IMG/VR virus record: IMGVR_UViG_2873063797_000002
From: a virus
Lineage: Duplodnaviria > Caudoviricetes
DNA: 64,000 bases
Strand: one strand, 5' to 3'
The notes under the pieces are model-generated. The model was not told the origin of the DNA. It was given only the letters and a program-made list of their open reading frames with translations, and searched no databases. Position 1 is the stretch's first letter. The number at the start of each line of letters is the position of its first letter. Positions 7,366 to 17,611 of the stretch are shown here, piece after piece. Position numbers and translations under genes: made by a program.

Positions 7366-7617
7366 ATGGCAGGCGCACACGTGGTGCTGGAGGAGGCAGA
7401 CGACACGGGCGAGCAAGGCGTCAGCATCACGCGAGTGATCGTCAACGGAATCGATGTTGGTCGGCTCGCGAAGGCACCGAAGATCAGCGTCGGCACAGAG
7501 CGACGCTGCACAACGGTGACGCTCACGCTCGTGCCCAGCCGCCTGGAGATCAGAGGCGAGCACGCTGACGGTGATCGTCGAGAGGCGCGCGCCGGCTTCG
7601 GTTCGAAGATCGACTAG
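7366..7617 (+). CDS. Small hypothetical protein
   Basis: RBS-coupled ORF directly after the HNH gene. Confidence 0.6.
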   Translation: MAGAHVVLEEADDTGEQGVSITRVIVNGIDVGRLAKAPKISVGTERRCTTVTLTLVPSRLEIRGEHADGDRREARAGFGSKID

Positions 7618-7619
7618 CC

Positions 7620-7861
7620 CCCGGGGCAGGGGGGTGATCCCCTCCCGGAAACCCTGAGCATCGTTAAGGTGCTGGGTCTCGCGCTCTGTACGGGTCTGGG
7701 GACCCAACGAGTCACACTTTCGCCCCATCGCGCGGGAGGGCGGCAGACGGCCGCACAGGGCTTCCTAGGGGCATCTGAGCCGCGCGGGGGCCGAGAAAGT
7801 GTGACGCGCCGGCCCTCTTCATCAACTACGTTTCCGCAGGTGGGAGGCTTGAAAGTGTGAC
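7620..7861. promoter_or_regulatory. Putative cos packaging region
   Basis: Non-coding gap after the HNH gene; three GTCACACTTT 10-mers (7711 +, 7796 -, 7852 -). Confidence 0.5.
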
Positions 7862-8516
7862 CGGCCGCCACTACGATAGAGACGTGCCCAAGACTTGCGA
7901 GCACTGCGCGAAGCCCCTGCCGATCATGGCCAGGCGGCATACGCGGTCGTGCTCGCCCCGGTGCCGAAAGGCACTGTCCCGCGCTGCCGCGAAGGCTGCG
8001 CGCTCGCTCCCCGTCGAGCTGACGTCCCGCGACAGGTGGGTACGTCGAGCCGGCGACAAGCGTCCGCTGACGACGACCGGCAGGGCCGCGTCAAGCACTG
8101 ACGCGAGCACGTGGAGCACCTACAAGAACGCCGCGGAGTCCGTGGCGGGCGTCGGGCTGGGCTTCGTCCTCTCCGACGCCGACGACGTGGTCTGTATCGA
8201 CCTCGACCACTGTCTCAACCCGCTCACCGGGCGACTTGCCCCGTGGGCGGCAGCCATCGTGCGCGACGCGGGCGCCACCTACGTAGAGGTGTCCCCGTCC
8301 GGCGATGGACTGCACATCTGGGGCCGCGCCCACGTCCGACAGGGACGGCGCATCCGACGCCCTGACGGAACGGCCGTGGAGATCTACGGGACCGGCCGGT
8401 ACATCGCAATGACGGGGCGCCGGCACGGTTCTAGCCCCTCTATCCTGGGGGACTTGTCCTCCCTCGTTGCCCGGCTGACGGCGCACCCGAAGATCCCGAC
8501 AGGGGACCACTCGTGA
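7857..8516 (+). CDS. Zn-finger plus stand-alone primase-polymerase (AEP/Prim-Pol-like) domain protein
   Basis: CEHC...CSPRC N-terminus; CIDLDHC, EVSPSGDGLH and EIYGTGRY motifs. Confidence 0.7.
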   Translation: MTGRHYDRDVPKTCEHCAKPLPIMARRHTRSCSPRCRKALSRAAAKAARSLPVELTSRDRWVRRAGDKRPLTTTGRAASSTDASTWSTYKNAAESVAGVGLGFVLSDADDVVCIDLDHCLNPLTGRLAPWAAAIVRDAGATYVEVSPSGDGLHIWGRAHVRQGRRIRRPDGTAVEIYGTGRYIAMTGRRHGSSPSILGDLSSLVARLTAHPKIPTGDHS

Positions 8517-8779
8517 CTGACCGCCCGAACCCGACGCTTCCTAGTGAGACCCTCCGGGCCGTACAGGAGCTGTCGCTGATCCTAATGGACCAGGTATCCG
8601 ACCCGGCCGTCGCCCGCCGCGTGGCGGAGTGCTTCGAGTTCCTTGACCAGCCTGGCGACATGCCGATGTCCGTCGGATGGTGGCGCCGTGCCGCCGACAT
8701 GGGCGACCGAGATGCGCGGGACTACCTCCGCGACCTGATTGACCAGGGGAAGGCCGAACGGCTCCCTGACGACGACTGA
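8513..8779 (+). CDS. Hypothetical protein
   Basis: GTGA overlap with the upstream gene. Confidence 0.55.
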   Translation: MTDRPNPTLPSETLRAVQELSLILMDQVSDPAVARRVAECFEFLDQPGDMPMSVGWWRRAADMGDRDARDYLRDLIDQGKAERLPDDD

Positions 8780-8835
8780 CGGCGTACCTCCCGACAGGGG
8801 ACGGCACGGCCGTTCCTTACCTGGGAGGTACCCCC

Positions 8836-9006
8836 ATGGATGACGAGGTCGTCCCCTACGAAGACGGCGGCATTCTCGCGCCGGTCACGTCGTGGGTCTC
8901 ATATCCCGAAGAAACATGCGTCCTCACCTTGGACCAGATGCGCGAGATGCTCGCGGCGTTTGACCCGTCGGAGCCGATCACCTTCATCCACGATCGGAAC
9001 TACTGA
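8836..9006 (+). CDS. Small hypothetical protein (56 aa)
   Basis: GGGAGG RBS; stop overlaps the terS ATG. Confidence 0.5.
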   Translation: MDDEVVPYEDGGILAPVTSWVSYPEETCVLTLDQMREMLAAFDPSEPITFIHDRNY

Positions 9007-9452
9007 TGGCCGGCCGCGGACCCGCCCCGAAGGACCCCGCGAAGCGGAGGCGCCGCAACGCCACTGAGCCGGAGACTGTCATCGCCAACGACGGTGAACT
9101 CCGCGGCCCCGACCTCCCGGAGGGCGTCCTCCCCGGTGACGAGGAGTGGCACCCCATGACGGTCAACTGGTGGCACACCTGGCGCACGTCGCCGATGGCT
9201 GCGACCTTCCTCGACACCGACTGGGCTTTCCTCCTCGATGCCGCCCTGATGCACCACACGGCGTGGACAAAGGGCAAGTGGGAGTTCCTCTCTGAAGTAC
9301 GCATGCGCTCCTCGAAGTTCGGCGCCACGCCAGAGGACCGCGCCCGCCTGAAGCTGAAGGTCGACGAGCCGCTGAGCGGCCGTCAGACGCCCGTTCAGCG
9401 CGCGGACAACGTCTCGGACATCAACTCGCGCAGAGCGCGTCTCACAGGCTAG
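9006..9452 (+). CDS. terS: Terminase small subunit
   Basis: MAGRGPAPK start; FGATPEDRARL motif; precedes terL. Confidence 0.85.
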   Translation: MAGRGPAPKDPAKRRRRNATEPETVIANDGELRGPDLPEGVLPGDEEWHPMTVNWWHTWRTSPMAATFLDTDWAFLLDAALMHHTAWTKGKWEFLSEVRMRSSKFGATPEDRARLKLKVDEPLSGRQTPVQRADNVSDINSRRARLTG

Positions 9453-9463
9453 GAGGGGGCTTC

Positions 9464-11173
9464 GTGCCGCACGTAACCGTGCGCGCCCCCGGTCACGATC
9501 GCTCCCGCTCGCTCGGGTGGATGGCGGTCGCGTGGATGGAGTACTTCGTCGTGCACGGCCCTGGCGACGTCCAGGGCGAGCCGGTGCGTCACGGAGACGA
9601 ATACACCGGCTTCGTCGTGGACTGCTACGCGGTCGACGAGCACGCCGGCAAGATGCTCTACGACTCCGCCTTCTTCTCCCGCCCCAAGGGCTGTGACAAG
9701 TCCGGCCTAGGCGCCCGCATCGGCCTCTTCGAAGCCTTCGGCCCCTCCCGCTTCGACGGCTGGGCTGAGGGCGGAGAGGTCTACCGCGACCCGTGGGGAC
9801 TGGGCTTCGAGTACGTCTACGAGCCTGGCGAGCCGATGGGCCGACCAGTCAAGGTCCCGTACCTCCGCATCATGGCGACGGAGGAAGGCCAGACCGGCAA
9901 CGTCTACGACACCATCCATTTCAACCTGACCGACGAGGCGTCGCCGCTGAGTCAAATCCCGGGAGTCGACCCGGGCCTTACCAAAATCAACCTCCCTGAC
10001 GGCGGGGAAATTACCCCGTCAACCGCTTCTTCCTCCTCGAAAGATGGCGGCAAGGAAACATGGGTCTGTTTCGACGAAACCCATCTCTATAACACGCCCG
10101 AACTTCGCCGTATGTACGCGACGGTTACCCGAAACCTCCGCAAGCGGAAGAAGGGTGCCGGAACGTGGTATCTGGAAACAACCACCATGTTCGCCCCCGG
10201 GCAAGACTCCGTCGCTGAGCGCACCTACGAGGAAGCCGAAGCCATCCGCGAGGGTAAGAAGAAGCGCGGTCGCGCTCGTCTTCTTTACGATCACCGCTAC
10301 GGCGTCTGCAAGAACCTGAAAGACGAGGCCGAACTACGCGCGGCCCTCATCGACTCCTACGGCGACGCCATGGAGTGGATGGACCTGGAGACGCTGGTCG
10401 ATGACTTCTACGACCTGCGTAACGACAGTGCCGACGGCAAGCGGTACTTCCTCAACTCCCGGACCTCCTCCAGCGACTCGTGGATGGAGCCGGACGCGTG
10501 GGAGGTCTGCCGCCGACCGGAGCCGCTCCAGGCCGGTGACCTCGTCACTCTTGGCTTCGACGGCTCCATTCGTGACGACGCCACGGCGCTCGTCGCCTGC
10601 CGTGTCTCTGACGGTCACCTCCAGCTCCTAGGAGTCTGGGAGAAGCCCGAAGGGCACGAAGGCGAAGGCTGGCAAGTCGACCGCGAAGCGGTAGACAACT
10701 GTGTTGCTCGCGCCTTTGACCGCTACGAGGTCTGCGGCTTCTACTGCGACCCGCCCCACTGGCAAGACTACGTGGACAAGTGGACGTCGGAGTACGCCGA
10801 AGGGCTCCAGATAAGCGCTGTGCAATCCCGCCCGCTGGAATGGTGGACGAACCGCCCCACGGCCATGGAACACGCGCTTGACCGCTTCGTCGAAGCCGTT
10901 GACGACAAAGCCCTCTCCTTCGCCGGCACCGCTAAGGCGGACGACGAAGAGGAATTCTCGCGGCTGGGCGCCACGCTCACCCGCCACGTCCTCAACGCCA
11001 AGCGCCGGCCGATGGGCCGAAATCACATGGGTATCGGCAAGGAGCACCCCAAAAGTCCGAAGAAAATCGACGCCGCTATGGCGGCAGTGCTCGCCTACGA
11101 ATGCCGCGCGGATGCGGTTGCCGCGGGCATCACGAAGCGCAAGAAAAAGACCGGTCGCCTAGTCGCCTTCTGA
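9464..11173 (+). CDS. terL: Terminase large subunit
   Basis: SRPKGCDKS Walker A; CFDETH Walker B; GFDGSIRDDATAL; KIDAAMAAVLA. Confidence 0.95.
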   Translation: MPHVTVRAPGHDRSRSLGWMAVAWMEYFVVHGPGDVQGEPVRHGDEYTGFVVDCYAVDEHAGKMLYDSAFFSRPKGCDKSGLGARIGLFEAFGPSRFDGWAEGGEVYRDPWGLGFEYVYEPGEPMGRPVKVPYLRIMATEEGQTGNVYDTIHFNLTDEASPLSQIPGVDPGLTKINLPDGGEITPSTASSSSKDGGKETWVCFDETHLYNTPELRRMYATVTRNLRKRKKGAGTWYLETTTMFAPGQDSVAERTYEEAEAIREGKKKRGRARLLYDHRYGVCKNLKDEAELRAALIDSYGDAMEWMDLETLVDDFYDLRNDSADGKRYFLNSRTSSSDSWMEPDAWEVCRRPEPLQAGDLVTLGFDGSIRDDATALVACRVSDGHLQLLGVWEKPEGHEGEGWQVDREAVDNCVARAFDRYEVCGFYCDPPHWQDYVDKWTSEYAEGLQISAVQSRPLEWWTNRPTAMEHALDRFVEAVDDKALSFAGTAKADDEEEFSRLGATLTRHVLNAKRRPMGRNHMGIGKEHPKSPKKIDAAMAAVLAYECRADAVAAGITKRKKKTGRLVAF

Positions 11174-11186
11174 GGGAGGTCCGTAA

Positions 11187-12713
11187 GTGCCTATCGATGC
11201 ATCGAAGGTGGAGTCTCCCGGATGGTGGCTTCAGCGCCTTGGTAAGAAGCTCCTCGACGAGCGGGAGGACGTCACCGACGCCAGCGGCGAGAAGACTCCG
11301 GGGCTCGACACCCTCCGGGACTTCGCCGAAGGTCGACCGCCCGTTCCGCACGTCCTGGGCGTCGACCCGCGCGAGGCGCGAGAGTGGATGAAGGACGCGC
11401 GTACCAACTGGACCGCGCTCGTCCTCGACTCCCCGACAGAGCGCATGCACGTCGATGGCTTCCGCTTCGGCGATCCCAACGACGACAGCGAAGACGCCCG
11501 CAAGGCGGACACCGAAGCCAACCGCATCTGGCAGGAGAACAGCCTCGACGCGGACGCGGACCTCATCCACTACGGCGCACTTTCCCAGCGACGGGCCTTC
11601 GCCCTCGTCGAGCAGGGCGACGAGGGACGTCCCGTCATCACGCACGAGACGCCCCGACAGGTGGCCGTGGAGCACGTCCAGGGTAGCCGGCGGAAGCTCG
11701 CTGCGGGCCTGAAGCTCTGGCGCGACGACTGGACCGGGAACACCCGGGCGACGCTCTGGACACCGGACCGGATTTACGACTTCGTCTCCAGATCGGACCT
11801 CGTGACCTTCTCCGGTCGCGCGGCAACTCTTCGCGGCTGGGATGCCCTTGTCCTCCCTGATCGTCCCGACGGTGAGCGACCCAACGACCTGGGCATGGTC
11901 CCGCTCGTCCCCTTCATCAACCGCCGTAACCGGCGTCTGACCGGCTTCGCTGAGCACGAGGACGTTCTCAGCATTCAGAATCGGATCAACCTCAGCCTGA
12001 TCAACCTCATGGCCGCGATGAAGTACGGCGCCTTCCGACAGCGCTGGGCGGCCGGCCTGGAGGTCGGGGAGGACCCGGTCACCGGGAGGGCGATCGAGCC
12101 CTTCCAGCTCGACATTCGCCGGCTCTGGACGACGGACGACCCCGAAGTGAAGTTCGGCGAGTTCGCCGCAACCGATCTCAAGCCCTACGTCGCAGCCGTG
12201 CAGGCGGCCGTGCAGGATCTCGCCGCTATCTCGCGGACGCCTCCGCACTACCTGATTGGTGCAGTCGTCAACGTCTCCGGCGACGCCCTGAAGGCCGCGG
12301 AAACGGGTCTGATCAGCAAGGTTCGGGACCGTCAGCGCTCCTTCGGCGAATCTTGGGAGCAAACCATGAGGCTGGCCTTCCGCGTCCTGGGCGACGAGGC
12401 GAAGGCGACGACCTTCACCGCTGAGACCCTCTGGCGTGACCCGGAATCCCGCAGCATCGCGGAGCTTGCCGACGCTGCCGTGAAAAAGAGCACTGCCGGC
12501 GTTCCGTGGCGTCAGCGCATGGAGGACATGGGTTACACCCCGGCGCAGATCTCCCGCATGGAGATCGACCGGGCGGCCGACGCGATGAATGCTCAGACAG
12601 CCGTCGACCCGACCATGCCGCCTCCGGCCTCACTTGACGACGCTCGCGCACGACGTGATCAGCGCCCGGTGATCGGACGAGAGGACGACGACGATGCCGC
12701 TAACGCCGCTTGA
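11187..12713 (+). CDS. Portal protein (SPP1 gp6-like)
   Basis: Position after terL; VPFINR, FAEHEDVLSIQNRIN and SGDALKAAETGL motifs. Confidence 0.92.
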   Translation: MPIDASKVESPGWWLQRLGKKLLDEREDVTDASGEKTPGLDTLRDFAEGRPPVPHVLGVDPREAREWMKDARTNWTALVLDSPTERMHVDGFRFGDPNDDSEDARKADTEANRIWQENSLDADADLIHYGALSQRRAFALVEQGDEGRPVITHETPRQVAVEHVQGSRRKLAAGLKLWRDDWTGNTRATLWTPDRIYDFVSRSDLVTFSGRAATLRGWDALVLPDRPDGERPNDLGMVPLVPFINRRNRRLTGFAEHEDVLSIQNRINLSLINLMAAMKYGAFRQRWAAGLEVGEDPVTGRAIEPFQLDIRRLWTTDDPEVKFGEFAATDLKPYVAAVQAAVQDLAAISRTPPHYLIGAVVNVSGDALKAAETGLISKVRDRQRSFGESWEQTMRLAFRVLGDEAKATTFTAETLWRDPESRSIAELADAAVKKSTAGVPWRQRMEDMGYTPAQISRMEIDRAADAMNAQTAVDPTMPPPASLDDARARRDQRPVIGREDDDDAANAA

Positions 12714-13503
12714 TCGGCGCTACGGCTCCGCGGTCCGAAGTATTTGGACGAGCGTCCTGGGAAGGACCAACCGGTCCTTCCTGGGGCTGGGCTCGTGGCG
12801 TGACGCGGACATGCGCCGCTTCCAGCGACAGGCTCTCCCCATCATCCTGGCCGGCGAACGCCAAGTAGCGACGCTGACGGCGTCCTACCTGGAACAGCTC
12901 TACAGGGACGAGGACCCCCGGGGCCGCCGTGCTCGGCTCGACCTTGACGCTGTGACGGGCCAGGCCCTCCGTGGCGTCGACCCTTCCGACGTCTACGAAC
13001 GGCCTTTCAAGGAACTGCGCGCCGCTTTGGGCGATGACGTCTCCCTCGACGAGGCCGTCAACCGGGGCGCTCACCGTCTCGAAACCCTCGTGAAGACGGA
13101 CCTGCAACTTGCTCGCACGCACACTGTTCGCGAAGTGTCGGCCGACATGCCGCGCTTCACGTACACCGTCCGTGAGCTGCAAGGGGAATACGACTGCGCC
13201 CTCTGCATCATCGCCTCCACGCAGCGCTACCACAAGCGCAACCTAGCCCCGATCCACCCCGGCTGTGACTGCCTCGTCAAGACGGTCACCGCCGACTACG
13301 ACCCGGGCCAGGTCATCGACGAGGAGACGCTAGAGCGGCTTCACGACCTCGTGGAGGAGGCCGTGGGCAAGGCGGACCGCGGAGGACGCGCGGTCGATTA
13401 CCGAAAGATCATCGTCGCCAACGATCACGGCGAGATGGGGCCCGTTCTGGGCTTCAAGGGCCAGCGATTCACCGGGCCCGACGACATCAACCTTCCGACC
13501 TGA
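12694..13503 (+). CDS. Head maturation/minor capsid (MuF-like) protein
   Basis: Position; CALC...IHPGCDC motif. Confidence 0.7.
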   Translation: MPLTPLDRRYGSAVRSIWTSVLGRTNRSFLGLGSWRDADMRRFQRQALPIILAGERQVATLTASYLEQLYRDEDPRGRRARLDLDAVTGQALRGVDPSDVYERPFKELRAALGDDVSLDEAVNRGAHRLETLVKTDLQLARTHTVREVSADMPRFTYTVRELQGEYDCALCIIASTQRYHKRNLAPIHPGCDCLVKTVTADYDPGQVIDEETLERLHDLVEEAVGKADRGGRAVDYRKIIVANDHGEMGPVLGFKGQRFTGPDDINLPT

Positions 13504-13543
13504 CGCCCGCCATGGGCCGACGACTCCCGACAGGGGATACCGC

Positions 13544-14176
13544 ATGCCTCGACGCACTCTCGCACGCCGTACCAACCTTCTGACCCTGGCGCACGAGCCG
13601 TGGACTCTCTACGAGGACGACCCGGGAGCCGGCGGGGGAGGTGGTGGAGGCGGCACGTCCGTCAACGAGCACGGGTACCCCGACGCGACCCCCGTCGCCG
13701 ACATGACGTCGGAACACCAGGTCGCCTACTGGAAGCACCACGCCCGCAAGCACGAGGCTGCGGCGAAGTCGGCCCCCGACGCTGCGGAGCTGGAGCGCCT
13801 CCGGGCCGCTGAGGCAGAGCTGAACACCCGCAGGGCCGCGGAGCTGAGCGAGACGGAGCGACTCCAGAAGGAGCGCGACGAAGCCGCCGCAGAAGCCGCT
13901 ACCGCGAAGGCGGAGCGCGACGCCGCAGCGCGCAAGGCACTCCTCCTCGAAGTCGCCGCGGACAAGGGTCTGACCCCCGCGCAGGCTGCGCGCCTCCAGG
14001 GCTCCACGAAGGAGGAGCTGGAGGCCGACGCCGACGCGCTGAAGGCGGAGTTCGGCTCGACCGGCGGACAGGGGACCCCCGTCCCTCGCTCTGGCGGCAA
14101 CCGGGGAGGCGACGTCGGCAACTCCGGCGGCGTGTCGACGGGTGCTGAGCGCTTCCGCCAGAAGCACGGCAAGTAA
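13544..14176 (+). CDS. Capsid scaffolding protein
   Basis: YWKHHARKHE motif; coiled coil; GSTKEELEADA. Confidence 0.85.
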   Translation: MPRRTLARRTNLLTLAHEPWTLYEDDPGAGGGGGGGGTSVNEHGYPDATPVADMTSEHQVAYWKHHARKHEAAAKSAPDAAELERLRAAEAELNTRRAAELSETERLQKERDEAAAEAATAKAERDAAARKALLLEVAADKGLTPAQAARLQGSTKEELEADADALKAEFGSTGGQGTPVPRSGGNRGGDVGNSGGVSTGAERFRQKHGK

Positions 14177-14197
14177 CCACCACCTCTTGGAGGACAC

Positions 14198-14593
14198 ATG
14201 GACCTCAACCTGAAGGTTGAGTCTTTCACTCAGGACCGCCGGGATTGGCTGGGGTCCGCTCACGGCACCGACGCCCCCGTCTCCGTGACCCTCGACGTCT
14301 CGAAGTTCACGAAGGCCACTCACTACCCGGACGGCTACATCAAGTCGGGTCTGCCGCTGGGCAAGATCACGACCGGCGGCAAGTACGGCCCCTACGACGA
14401 CACGGCCACCGACGGCCGACAGACCCTCGTGGGCTTCCTCTTCACCGCCCAGGACGTCGACGCCCGCAAGGTGGCGTCAACTTCCGTCGTCGGGTCGATG
14501 CTCATCCATTGCTTCATCCGTGAGGCGAAGCTCCCCGTCGCCGTCGACGCTGCCGGAAAGACCGACGTCGCCGGCCGCATCATCTTCGTCTGA
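14198..14593 (+). CDS. Head decoration protein
   Basis: SGLPLGKITTGGKYGPYD (lambda gpD-like) located before the major capsid gene. Confidence 0.8.
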   Translation: MDLNLKVESFTQDRRDWLGSAHGTDAPVSVTLDVSKFTKATHYPDGYIKSGLPLGKITTGGKYGPYDDTATDGRQTLVGFLFTAQDVDARKVASTSVVGSMLIHCFIREAKLPVAVDAAGKTDVAGRIIFV

Positions 14594-14606
14594 GAGGCCC
14601 TGATAC

Positions 14607-15641
14607 ATGCAGCTCATCACTGAGTACGCGACTCCCGCGGAACTCACCGGCTACGCCCGCGAGGCGCTCCGGTTCCGCGAGGAGAACGCGCTCAACCTGA
14701 ACCGGTGGCTCCCCAACGAGACCATCAACGACCTGACGTTCCGGTTCAACCGGGGCGGAGGCGGACTCACGGAGGCGGCGAACTTCCGCGCCTTCGACGC
14801 TGAGTCGGACATTGCGACCCGCTCCGGCGGGGCCCGGGTGAGCGGCGAACTGCCGCCCATCTCGCGGAAGATGCCCGTTGGCGAGTACGAGCAGATCCGC
14901 ATGCGGAACGTCGACACGCAGAACGCCGAGATCCGCGACGCCATGGAGTCCGACTCCGTGAAGCTCGTCGCGCAGATCGCCGCGCGGCTGGAGCTTGCCC
15001 GCGGACAGGCCCTCTTCAACGGCTCCGTCACCCTGAACGAAAACGGCGTCCAGGCGTCCGTGGACTTCGGCCGGTCGGCGACCCACTCGGTCACCATCGC
15101 CGACAGCGCGCTCCAGTGGGACAAGACCGAGGCTGCGAAGGCGTACGACGACCTCCAGAAGTGGCTAGAGGTCTACAACGACACGAACGGCCATCTTCCG
15201 GCGTACACCCTGATGTCCCGCAAGGTGTACAACTTCCTGCGGCAGAACAAGCAGATCCGAGAACTCGCGTTCGCTGGCTCTGCCTCCGCCCCGGGTGTCC
15301 TGACGCGCGAGGGGCTGAACAGCGTCCTTGGTCAGTACGACATCCCGCCCATCGAGATCTACGACGCCAAGGTGAGCGTCAGCGGCGCCACCACGCGCAT
15401 CACTCCGGAGGACAAGCTTCTCTTCCTGCCCGAGCAGGGTGACGCGGCCGGTAAGACCCTGTGGGGTGTGCCGGTGGAGGCGAACGACCCGCGCTACGGC
15501 CTGGCCGGTGACGCTGCGGGTATCGCGGTCGGCGGCTACAAGTCGGAGGACCCACAGACCGTGTGGACTCGCGCGACTGCCATCGCCCTTCCGATCGTTG
15601 CGAACCCTGACCTGACCTTCGTCGCGGACGTGATTGCGTGA
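14607..15641 (+). CDS. Major capsid protein (lambda gpE-like)
   Basis: RAFDAES, ELPPISRK, WTRATAIALP; synteny. Confidence 0.92.
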   Translation: MQLITEYATPAELTGYAREALRFREENALNLNRWLPNETINDLTFRFNRGGGGLTEAANFRAFDAESDIATRSGGARVSGELPPISRKMPVGEYEQIRMRNVDTQNAEIRDAMESDSVKLVAQIAARLELARGQALFNGSVTLNENGVQASVDFGRSATHSVTIADSALQWDKTEAAKAYDDLQKWLEVYNDTNGHLPAYTLMSRKVYNFLRQNKQIRELAFAGSASAPGVLTREGLNSVLGQYDIPPIEIYDAKVSVSGATTRITPEDKLLFLPEQGDAAGKTLWGVPVEANDPRYGLAGDAAGIAVGGYKSEDPQTVWTRATAIALPIVANPDLTFVADVIA

Positions 15642-15889
15642 GTGAAGCACGCTGGGTCCGCGTCAGCGAGTCGACGGTTGACCCTCTTCGTCCTGTGATC
15701 ACGTTCAGGGATGTTTCGAAGGTGTCGACTGTGACCGTGCGCGGCGTCGCAAACAGCACGGGCATCGCCGATGGCTACTACGTGGAACTTGACGGCGTCC
15801 GTACCGTCGGCCCGTTCGCAACCGTCGTTGAGGCAGAAGACCTCGTAGAAGCTCTGCTCTCGCCGTACTTCCCCGACCTCCCATCCTGA
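15638..15889 (+). CDS. Small hypothetical protein
   Basis: GTGA overlap with the capsid gene. Confidence 0.5.
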   Translation: MSEARWVRVSESTVDPLRPVITFRDVSKVSTVTVRGVANSTGIADGYYVELDGVRTVGPFATVVEAEDLVEALLSPYFPDLPS

Positions 15890-15902
15890 AGGAGCCCGAA
15901 CC

Positions 15903-16136
15903 GTGGCCAAGCTACGTACCTTCGTCCACGTGACGGACGACGAGGGCCGCCCCCACGCGTTCGGCCCCGCGGACGAGGTCCCGACGTGGGCTCAGGCCCT
16001 CATCACCAACCCGAAGGCGTGGGCGGAGGCGCCAGTCGCGCAAAACGACTCACGCGTCACCGCCCCGTCTGCGAAGCCCGCTGCGAAGCGCGCTGCGCCA
16101 CGGCGGAAGGCGGGCGGCAGTGGCACTGTTCAGTGA
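15903..16136 (+). CDS. Small head-associated protein
   Basis: FGPADEVPTWA...ITNPKAW, typical of actinophage post-capsid genes. Confidence 0.7.
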   Translation: MAKLRTFVHVTDDEGRPHAFGPADEVPTWAQALITNPKAWAEAPVAQNDSRVTAPSAKPAAKRAAPRRKAGGSGTVQ

Positions 16137-16500
16137 GGCTGAACTCCGCACGCTCCTGAAGCGTCCCCTCACGGCCGACGAGTGCACGCTTGCTCACGAC
16201 CTCACCGAAGACGCGTTCTACGGTGAGGTTGGGGAGCGGCTGACGGACCCGCCTCAGCGCGGAGTCAAGTCCGTCGCCCTGGCCGTCGCCGCCCGCATCC
16301 TGACGAACCCCGCGGGGGTCCGGTCGGAGCAAGCGGGCGGCATGCTCGTCAGCTACGCCGACTCCGAGACAGGCGTCATGCTCTCGGAGGACGAGCGTAA
16401 GCGACTGCGACGTGCCGTCGGCATGGCGGCCGGCGCCTCGTCCCTGGACATCGCTCCGGAGGACTACTGCCCGCCTGTGAGGGTCTGGAGGGCGCTGTGA
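16120..16500 (+). CDS. Head-to-tail adaptor
   Basis: RILTNPAGVRSEQAG...LSEDERKRL. Confidence 0.8.
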   Translation: MALFSEAELRTLLKRPLTADECTLAHDLTEDAFYGEVGERLTDPPQRGVKSVALAVAARILTNPAGVRSEQAGGMLVSYADSETGVMLSEDERKRLRRAVGMAAGASSLDIAPEDYCPPVRVWRAL

Positions 16501-16850
16501 GCCTGGTAGCCCAGCTCATGTCTGAGACCCTCATCATCGAGCGCCCCGGGGAGCCCGTCCGGGATTCCACGGGGTCGGAGGTCCCCGGTCCGCCCGTCCG
16601 GATCACCGTCGAGAACTCATCGATCATGAGCCCTTACGGCGTCACGGTCGGCTCTTCGACGGAGACTCACGACGCATCGACGGTCATCGACACCCGACGC
16701 GTCTTCGCCGCTCCACTAGGCACCGACGTGCGACCCGCGGACAAGATCCTCCGGGGTGACGAGGTGTGGCAGGCGGAGGGCGAGCCCCTTGCCTTCCCCC
16801 TGACGTCGCTGGCCCGGGTGGAGATCTATGTGAAGCGGGTGAGCGGATGA
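16497..16850 (+). CDS. Head-to-tail stopper/closure protein
   Basis: Synteny; DVRPADKILRGDEVWQAEG. Confidence 0.75.
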   Translation: MSLVAQLMSETLIIERPGEPVRDSTGSEVPGPPVRITVENSSIMSPYGVTVGSSTETHDASTVIDTRRVFAAPLGTDVRPADKILRGDEVWQAEGEPLAFPLTSLARVEIYVKRVSG

Positions 16851-17188
16851 CGAACGGACCCCGCCCCACCTACCGGGGCAATTACCGCGGCATCGGCCGG
16901 ATGTTCCAGCGTCCGTGGATGCAGCGTGGCGTGCGGAAATTCGCGGTTCAGATGAAGGAAGTGGCGGAGGCTGGCTCACCCCGTGAGACGGGCGAGTACG
17001 CATCGAGCTTCGACGTCGCCCCGCTCTGGAAGAACATCCCCTTCAAGGGCAAGCCTCGCATGCGTGCCGGCGCACGGCTGGTCAACACGAGCGACCACGC
17101 CCGTCACGTCGAGTACGGCAACGGGGAGACTCCCCGGTACGCCGTCCTCCACAAGGCCGTCGACACGATGAAGGCTGCCCATGGCTGA
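16847..17188 (+). CDS. HK97 gp10-like neck protein
   Basis: SPRETGEYASS...HVEYG motif. Confidence 0.75.
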   Translation: MTNGPRPTYRGNYRGIGRMFQRPWMQRGVRKFAVQMKEVAEAGSPRETGEYASSFDVAPLWKNIPFKGKPRMRAGARLVNTSDHARHVEYGNGETPRYAVLHKAVDTMKAAHG

Positions 17189-17546
17189 CATCGAAGCTGT
17201 CCTGAACCCCTGGGCGGAGGCGCTGACCGGCGTCAAGGCCGGCGCGGAGACTCCGCCGGAGCTGGAGAAGAGGCTCCCGCGCATTCGGATTCAGCGCGAC
17301 GGAGGAGCCGACGCACGGTTCTCGTCGCACCCGCGTGTGTTCGTCGATGTCTTCGCCGCCACGGCGGACGAGGCGCGGACACTCGCCAACGCCCTGCGGG
17401 ATGCCTTGCTCTTCCTTCACGGCCCGGTGAACGGTGCAGTCATCCGCTCCGTCCGATGTGACTCCGGCCCCTCTCGGCAACCGTGGACTAACGAGCTGAT
17501 TCACCGACGAGGCGCCACCTACACCGTGTCCTTCCGGGACGCGTAA
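17181..17546 (+). CDS. Tail terminator
   Basis: Synteny before the major tail gene; PRIRIQRDGG. Confidence 0.75.
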   Translation: MADIEAVLNPWAEALTGVKAGAETPPELEKRLPRIRIQRDGGADARFSSHPRVFVDVFAATADEARTLANALRDALLFLHGPVNGAVIRSVRCDSGPSRQPWTNELIHRRGATYTVSFRDA

Positions 17547-17611
17547 CCCCCTGACACCCCGACCCGACGTCCATTGTGACGCGCGGGTCTCTCGCATGCC
17601 CTGGAGGGCTC

